64,000 nt of DNA from Myxococcales bacterium (GTDB lineage Bacteria; Myxococcota_A; UBA9160; SMWR01). Every line of letters begins with the position of its first letter. Position 1 is the stretch's first letter. Shown here in pieces: positions 56,206 to 64,000 of this stretch. Below the pieces are notes generated by a model. That model ran no database searches. It was not told the origin of the DNA and saw only the letters and a list, made by a program, of their open reading frames with translations. The stretch lies in NCBI GenBank assembly GCA_029881215.1, contig JAOUNA010000001.1, forward strand, positions 13,195 to 77,194, written 5' to 3'. A program made the position numbers and the translations under genes.

Positions 56206-56976
56206 TCACTCGAGCGCGATGGTTCCGTGCACGCTCACGACAATGCGGCTGGTGCCGGCCTCGGCGGCCGGGGGTACCGCTGGGGCGGCTCTACTCTCCA
56301 TCGCCATCGACATGCGCGGCATCGGAATTCCCGGCGCCCCGGTGTCGATCGCGATCCGGTCGATCGCGTAACCGCGCGCCTCGAGTCCGCGGCGCACGAG
56401 CTCGGCGCGCGCGCGAAACGCGGCGAGCGCTTCGCCGACGAGCCCATCTTCCACGCTCCTGCGCTGCGCATCCGATACGCTAAACACAAATGAGAGTAGC
56501 TGCATGCGGCTCTGCAGCACGCCGAGCAGCGCGGTCATGGCCTGCGCGTCGCCGCTCTCGAGCACGAGCTCCTGGCTCGCGCGCCAGCGCCGCAGCTTGC
56601 CCTCGTGATACACGGGCTGCGTGTGGTAGCCGCCGCTGCGCGAGGTCACCGCCTCGCTCTCCGCCGCGCGCTCGAGCGCCCAGCGCATGGCGAGGTTCAC
56701 GCGCTCGGCGGCCTGGGCGGACTCCGCGTCTTCTTCGGTCACGCCCACCACCGCGCGGATCCAATCGTTCGGCACCTCGCGCGCGCGCTCCACGCCGAAG
56801 CTCACGCGCCGGCCGGGCTCCGCCGCCTCCTCCTCGGCCGCGACCGCCTGGGCGCCCCCCCCGAGCAGGAGGCTCGCAGCACCCAAGCAGGCCAGGCCAC
56901 GGCCGGTGCGCCGGGCGCGCAGGCGTCGTTGCGAGATCCAGCCCGCGCAGCCGCGTCCGCATGCTCTTGCCGCCAT
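56206..56976 (-). CDS. SIMPL (DUF541) domain protein, secreted
   Basis: GGAGGG ribosome-binding site plus ATG at 56976. Signal-like N-terminus, then the two-lobed SIMPL pattern (..VSFGVERAREVPND..; ..RIVVSVHGTIALE). Confidence 0.6.
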   Translation of the reverse strand: MAARACGRGCAGWISQRRLRARRTGRGLACLGAASLLLGGGAQAVAAEEEAAEPGRRVSFGVERAREVPNDWIRAVVGVTEEDAESAQAAERVNLAMRWALERAAESEAVTSRSGGYHTQPVYHEGKLRRWRASQELVLESGDAQAMTALLGVLQSRMQLLSFVFSVSDAQRRSVEDGLVGEALAAFRARAELVRRGLEARGYAIDRIAIDTGAPGIPMPRMSMAMESRAAPAVPPAAEAGTSRIVVSVHGTIALE

Positions 56977-57053
56977 TGCCTCGCCCTCCGATTCGGAGAT
57001 GGGCAGCCATTGTATCCTCGCGGGCCGCACTGGATCGAGGAACGGAGAAGCGC

Positions 57054-58004
57054 GTGAGGCGAGAAGAGGGCTCCCCGACAGCGGGCCTGCTGCTGGCGCT
57101 GGGCGCCTACGGCGCCTGGGGCGTGTCCCCGGTGTATTGGAAGTGGGTGTCGGTGCTGCCGGCCGACGAGCTGCTCGCCTGGCGCGCCGTGTGGTCCTTT
57201 GCGATCACATTCGCATTTGGGATCCTGACAGGGCGGGCGCCCGAGGCCCGCGCCGTGCTGCGCGCGCGGCACCAGCTGCTGGCGCTGGCCTGCACGGGTG
57301 CGCTGCTGGCGGTGAACTGGCTGATCTTCGTCTGGGCGGTGCAGAACGATCAGATCACCGCCACGAGCCTTGGCTACTACATGAGCCCGCTCGTGCACGT
57401 GACGCTCGGCGTGGTGGTGCTCGGCGAGCAGCTGCCCCGCGCCCAGGCCATCGCCCTCGGCATCGCCTCGGCCGGCGTCGCGTACCTGACCTTCGAGCAC
57501 GGCGAGCTGCCCTGGATCGCCCTGCTGCTGCCGACCACCTTCGGGGTCTACGGCCTGATCCGCAAGATCGCCCCGGTGCGCCCGCTGGTGGGCTTCGGCG
57601 TCGAGATGGTGCTGCTGCTGCCGCTCGCGCTCGGCTACGTGATCTGGCTGCTGGCCTCCGGGCGCTCCGGGCTGCTCGGCGCCGGAATCGGACTGCACGC
57701 GCTGGTGGCAGCCTCGGGGCTGGTGACCGCCGTGCCGCTCATCTGGTTCGTGGCTGCGGCCCATCGCCTGCCGCTCACCACGCTCGGCATGTTCCAGTAT
57801 CTGGCGCCGAGCCTGTCGCTGGTGATCGCCGTGTGGCTCTACGCCGAGCCCTTCACCCGCGTGCAGGCCGTCACGTTCACGGGCATCTGGATCGCGCTGG
57901 CGATCTACACCCTCGATCTGGCCAAGCGCGCGCGGACTGCCGGCGGGCTGGGCTCGCTGCGCCCCGCGCTCGCTCGGATTCCGGAGGATCCCCAAGGGAA
58001 ATAG
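57054..58004 (+). CDS. rarD: EamA-family transporter RarD
   Basis: GTG at 57054 with a GGAG ribosome-binding site. GLLLALGAYGAWGVSPVYWK RarD-type N-terminus. Ten hydrophobic helices in two EamA halves. Confidence 0.75.
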   Translation: MRREEGSPTAGLLLALGAYGAWGVSPVYWKWVSVLPADELLAWRAVWSFAITFAFGILTGRAPEARAVLRARHQLLALACTGALLAVNWLIFVWAVQNDQITATSLGYYMSPLVHVTLGVVVLGEQLPRAQAIALGIASAGVAYLTFEHGELPWIALLLPTTFGVYGLIRKIAPVRPLVGFGVEMVLLLPLALGYVIWLLASGRSGLLGAGIGLHALVAASGLVTAVPLIWFVAAAHRLPLTTLGMFQYLAPSLSLVIAVWLYAEPFTRVQAVTFTGIWIALAIYTLDLAKRARTAGGLGSLRPALARIPEDPQGK

Positions 58005-58108
58005 CTGAAATCATTGTTTAAATACTATATTGAGATGTAGTAATATAAAGCTAACTTTCCCACACATCGGCGCCGATGCCGGAGCCGATCCGCCAGCGGG
58101 GGCACTCC

Positions 58109-61801
<3,693 letters not shown>

Positions 61802-61946
61802 CGCCGCGCCTTCATCGACGAAAATCGAGATGGGGCATTGAGCTGCGGCGGAACTTGAGCGATTCTCGCTCGTCCTTTCCAGAACGAATGCACCCATCGC
61901 GGCCAGGCAGCGTTCCTCGTGTGGCCTTGCTGAACGGAGATCTTGG

Positions 61947-62768
61947 ATGAAGCACAAGGCTACGCGGCGCGGGAAGACGCTGGCACAGCGCGCGGACAAG
62001 TACGTCTGCTACCAGAACAGCGTCCAGGAGCCGGAAGTCGACGTGCCGTTCGTCGAGCGCGTGTTCCGCAAGCACCGCGGCCGCCCGCCGCGCCGGCTGC
62101 GCGAGGATTTCTGCGGCACCGCCGCGTTCGCGTGCGCGTGGGTGCAGCGCCACCGGGACAACGTGGCCTTCGGAATCGACCTCGACGCCGAGCCCCTGGA
62201 TTGGGGCCGGCGCCACAACCTGACCGCCCTCTCACCGGAGCAGCAGTCGCGCGTGAAGCTCATCGAGGGCAACGTGCTCCACGTAGGCCACGAGCGGGTG
62301 GACGTGACCGTCGCATACAACTTCTCCTACTCCCTGTTCCGCACGCGCCCGGAGATGCTCGAATACTTCCGCGCTGCGCGCGCCTCGCTGGACTCGGGGG
62401 GCCTGTTCTTCCTCGACGTCTACGGCGGCCCGGAAGCCCAGGAGACCAAGATCGAGAAGCGCAAGTGCGAAGGCTTCACCTACATCTGGGAGCAGCACCG
62501 CTTCGACCCCATCCAGAACCACGGCGTCAACTACATCCACTACGCCTTCCCGGACGGGAGCGAGCTGCGCCGCGCCTTCGCCTACGAGTGGCGCATCTGG
62601 TCCGTTCCCGAGCTCCGCGAGATCCTGCTCGACGCCGGCTTCTCGAAGACGGAGGTCTACTGGGAAGGCACCGATCGCCAGACCGGCAAGGCCAACGACG
62701 TGTTCACCCGGCGCGAGCGCGCCTCCGACGACCCGGCTTGGGTCGCCTACATCGTCGCCATCCCGTAG
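61947..62768 (+). CDS. Class I SAM-dependent methyltransferase
   Basis: GGAG ribosome-binding site. Motif I-like LREDFCGTAAF, acidic loop GIDLD and post-I/II pattern VTVAYNFSY..GGLFFLDV. Confidence 0.65.
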   Translation: MKHKATRRGKTLAQRADKYVCYQNSVQEPEVDVPFVERVFRKHRGRPPRRLREDFCGTAAFACAWVQRHRDNVAFGIDLDAEPLDWGRRHNLTALSPEQQSRVKLIEGNVLHVGHERVDVTVAYNFSYSLFRTRPEMLEYFRAARASLDSGGLFFLDVYGGPEAQETKIEKRKCEGFTYIWEQHRFDPIQNHGVNYIHYAFPDGSELRRAFAYEWRIWSVPELREILLDAGFSKTEVYWEGTDRQTGKANDVFTRRERASDDPAWVAYIVAIP

Positions 62769-62858
62769 GCGGGAATCGAGCCAGGAGGCATTCTCCGGCA
62801 GTCCCGAGCGGCAGGCGCGCTGGCCGGGACGCGAGCGCACGCCATCCCCTACTCTTGC

Positions 62859-63443
62859 GTGGCCATGCCTCCGCGTTCGCCCGCCCGCGCGCATCTGCTG
62901 GGCATCGACGACGGTCCGTTCGAGAAGTTCCGAGACGGCGAGAGCACTCCGATCGTCGGCGTGATGATGGAAGGCGCGGATCTGGTCGAGTCCGTCGCGG
63001 TCACCTGGTTTCCGATCGACGCTCCGGACGTGTCGGACTTCCTGGTCGAGTGGATCGAGAGCCTGCGCATCCGCCCCGGCCTGCAGGGCATCGTGCTCGG
63101 GGGCATCACCATCGCGGGTCTCGCCGTGGTCGACATGGCCGCGATCGCCGAACGGCTGGCGCTGCCGGTCATCGTCGTCAACCGGCGCTCGCCGTCGAAC
63201 GAGCGGCTGCGCGGGGCGCTGCGCGCGGCCGGCTTCGCCGCGCGCGTCGCGCTGCTGGAACGGGCGCCCGAGCCCTTCCGCATCGGACCGCGTCTGCACG
63301 CGGCCGTCGCCGGGGCCAGCCCGGAGCACGCGGCAGCGCTGCTGCGCGGCTGTCTGCGCAAATCCGAGCTGCCCGAGCCGCTGCGCCTCGCGCACCTGAT
63401 CGCGCGGGCCGTCGTGAAGGGCGAGTCGCGCGGACGCCCGTGA
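62859..63443 (+). CDS. DUF99 / UPF0215 family protein
   Basis: LLGIDDGPF, PIVGVMMEG, IDAPDVSD, VLGGITIAGLAVVD and LPVIVVNRRSP follow my recollection of the DUF99 block order. Start at GTG 62859 or ATG 62865. Confidence 0.55.
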   Translation: MAMPPRSPARAHLLGIDDGPFEKFRDGESTPIVGVMMEGADLVESVAVTWFPIDAPDVSDFLVEWIESLRIRPGLQGIVLGGITIAGLAVVDMAAIAERLALPVIVVNRRSPSNERLRGALRAAGFAARVALLERAPEPFRIGPRLHAAVAGASPEHAAALLRGCLRKSELPEPLRLAHLIARAVVKGESRGRP

Positions 63444-63455
63444 CGGCCGCCGCGA

Positions 63456-64000
63456 TCACTCCTGGCGCAGCGTCGCCGCCGCGGGCCGCCCCGTCCAGTC
63501 CGGCAGCGGCGCGGCCAGGGCGCTGGGCGCGGGTGACTCGACGGGGGCCGCATTCTTCTCGCGCAGCTTCTCCAGCAGCTTCTCGGGCCCCTCGCGCGTG
63601 AGCACCTCGCGGAACTGATCGCGCAGGTTGGCGACGAGGCTGATGCCCTCGATCACCACGTCGATGATGCGCCACGTTCCGCCCCGCTCGCGCATGCGGT
63701 AGTCGATGATGGCGCCGTCCACCTCGCCGCCTTGCATGCGCGTCCGGACCGTGACATCACCGCGCGGCTCTGCGCGCTCGTCCAGCACGGTGACGTCCTG
63801 TTGCTCGTAGCGGTCCAGGCGGCTGCTGTAGTCGTTTGCGAGATAGCGCGTGAACTGCTCGACGAAATCGTCCTGCTGCTCTGCCGAGAGCTTCTTCCAG
63901 CTGCGCGACAGCACCAGGCGGGTCATGGTGCGAAAGTCGAAGCGGTCGTAGGCGAGCTTCTCGAGCTCGGCGATGCGCTGCTCCTGGGTGCGCGCGGGAT
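63456..64000 (-). CDS. MlaC/Ttg2D-like phospholipid-binding protein (5' end beyond the window)
   Basis: The frame stays open to the window edge (..YDRFDFRTMTRLVLSRSWKKLSAEQQDDFVEQFTRYLANDYS), matching the toluene-tolerance Ttg2D/MlaC pattern. Stop at 63456. Confidence 0.7.
   Translation of the reverse strand, partial: PARTQEQRIAELEKLAYDRFDFRTMTRLVLSRSWKKLSAEQQDDFVEQFTRYLANDYSSRLDRYEQQDVTVLDERAEPRGDVTVRTRMQGGEVDGAIIDYRMRERGGTWRIIDVVIEGISLVANLRDQFREVLTREGPEKLLEKLREKNAAPVESPAPSALAAPLPDWTGRPAAATLRQE

Noticed and set aside
58005-58108. Cobalamin riboswitch or MetR box upstream of metH.
   Set aside because: The region is only about 100 nt, AT-rich and lacks a B12-box-like sequence. TGAA-atcat-TGTT is only a half match to TGAA-N5-TTCA. 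No defensible -35/-10 pair was found, so I list no promoter feature.

Overview
Very GC-rich (about 70% by eye, not computed), densely coding chromosomal DNA from a diderm bacterium. The diderm call rests on Kdo/LPS-kinase, GT9, Mla, lipobox and PEP-CTERM signals. The lineage cannot be fixed by eye; the content fits a Myxococcota-like or other high-GC proteobacterial-type genome. I support about 50 protein genes. I recognised no rRNA, tRNA, CRISPR array, transposase, integrase or prophage gene. Most of the window is housekeeping: asnS, addBA, bfd-bfr, ahcY, metH, prc, apaG, bolA-like, chaC and rarD. Several envelope or accessory modules are interleaved with these genes. (1) An ABC-transporter-type glycan cluster at 1-10.9 kb (Wzt, dual GT4, GT26, GT2) contains an embedded lipoprotein / TPR-alkaline-phosphatase-family / PHP-DUF3604 operon. 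(2) A GT9 / membrane-SGNH / PlsC / sulfotransferase group lies at 29-33 kb. (3) Two tandem PEP-CTERM paralogs of unrecognisable fold share a 59-nt identical tract (34.5-36.7 kb). (4) A membrane-anchored pentaheme cytochrome with a TPR tail is translationally coupled to a CRTAC1-like FG-GAP/UnbV protein (42.1-46.8 kb). I rate this the best candidate for an undescribed system. (5) A SIMPL / Kdo-kinase / J-like-coiled-coil-FGE-domain protein / rhomboid string lies at 52-57 kb. (6) An archaeal-type DUF99 gene sits next to a SAM methyltransferase downstream of metH. Four short AT-rich islands stand out against the GC-rich background and carry palindromes and promoter-like elements. Many genes use GTG or TTG starts and 4-11 nt start/stop overlaps. 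The many very long ORFs on the opposite strand or in other frames are stop-codon-poor high-GC artefacts. All family calls come from motif recognition by eye and none was confirmed by a search.
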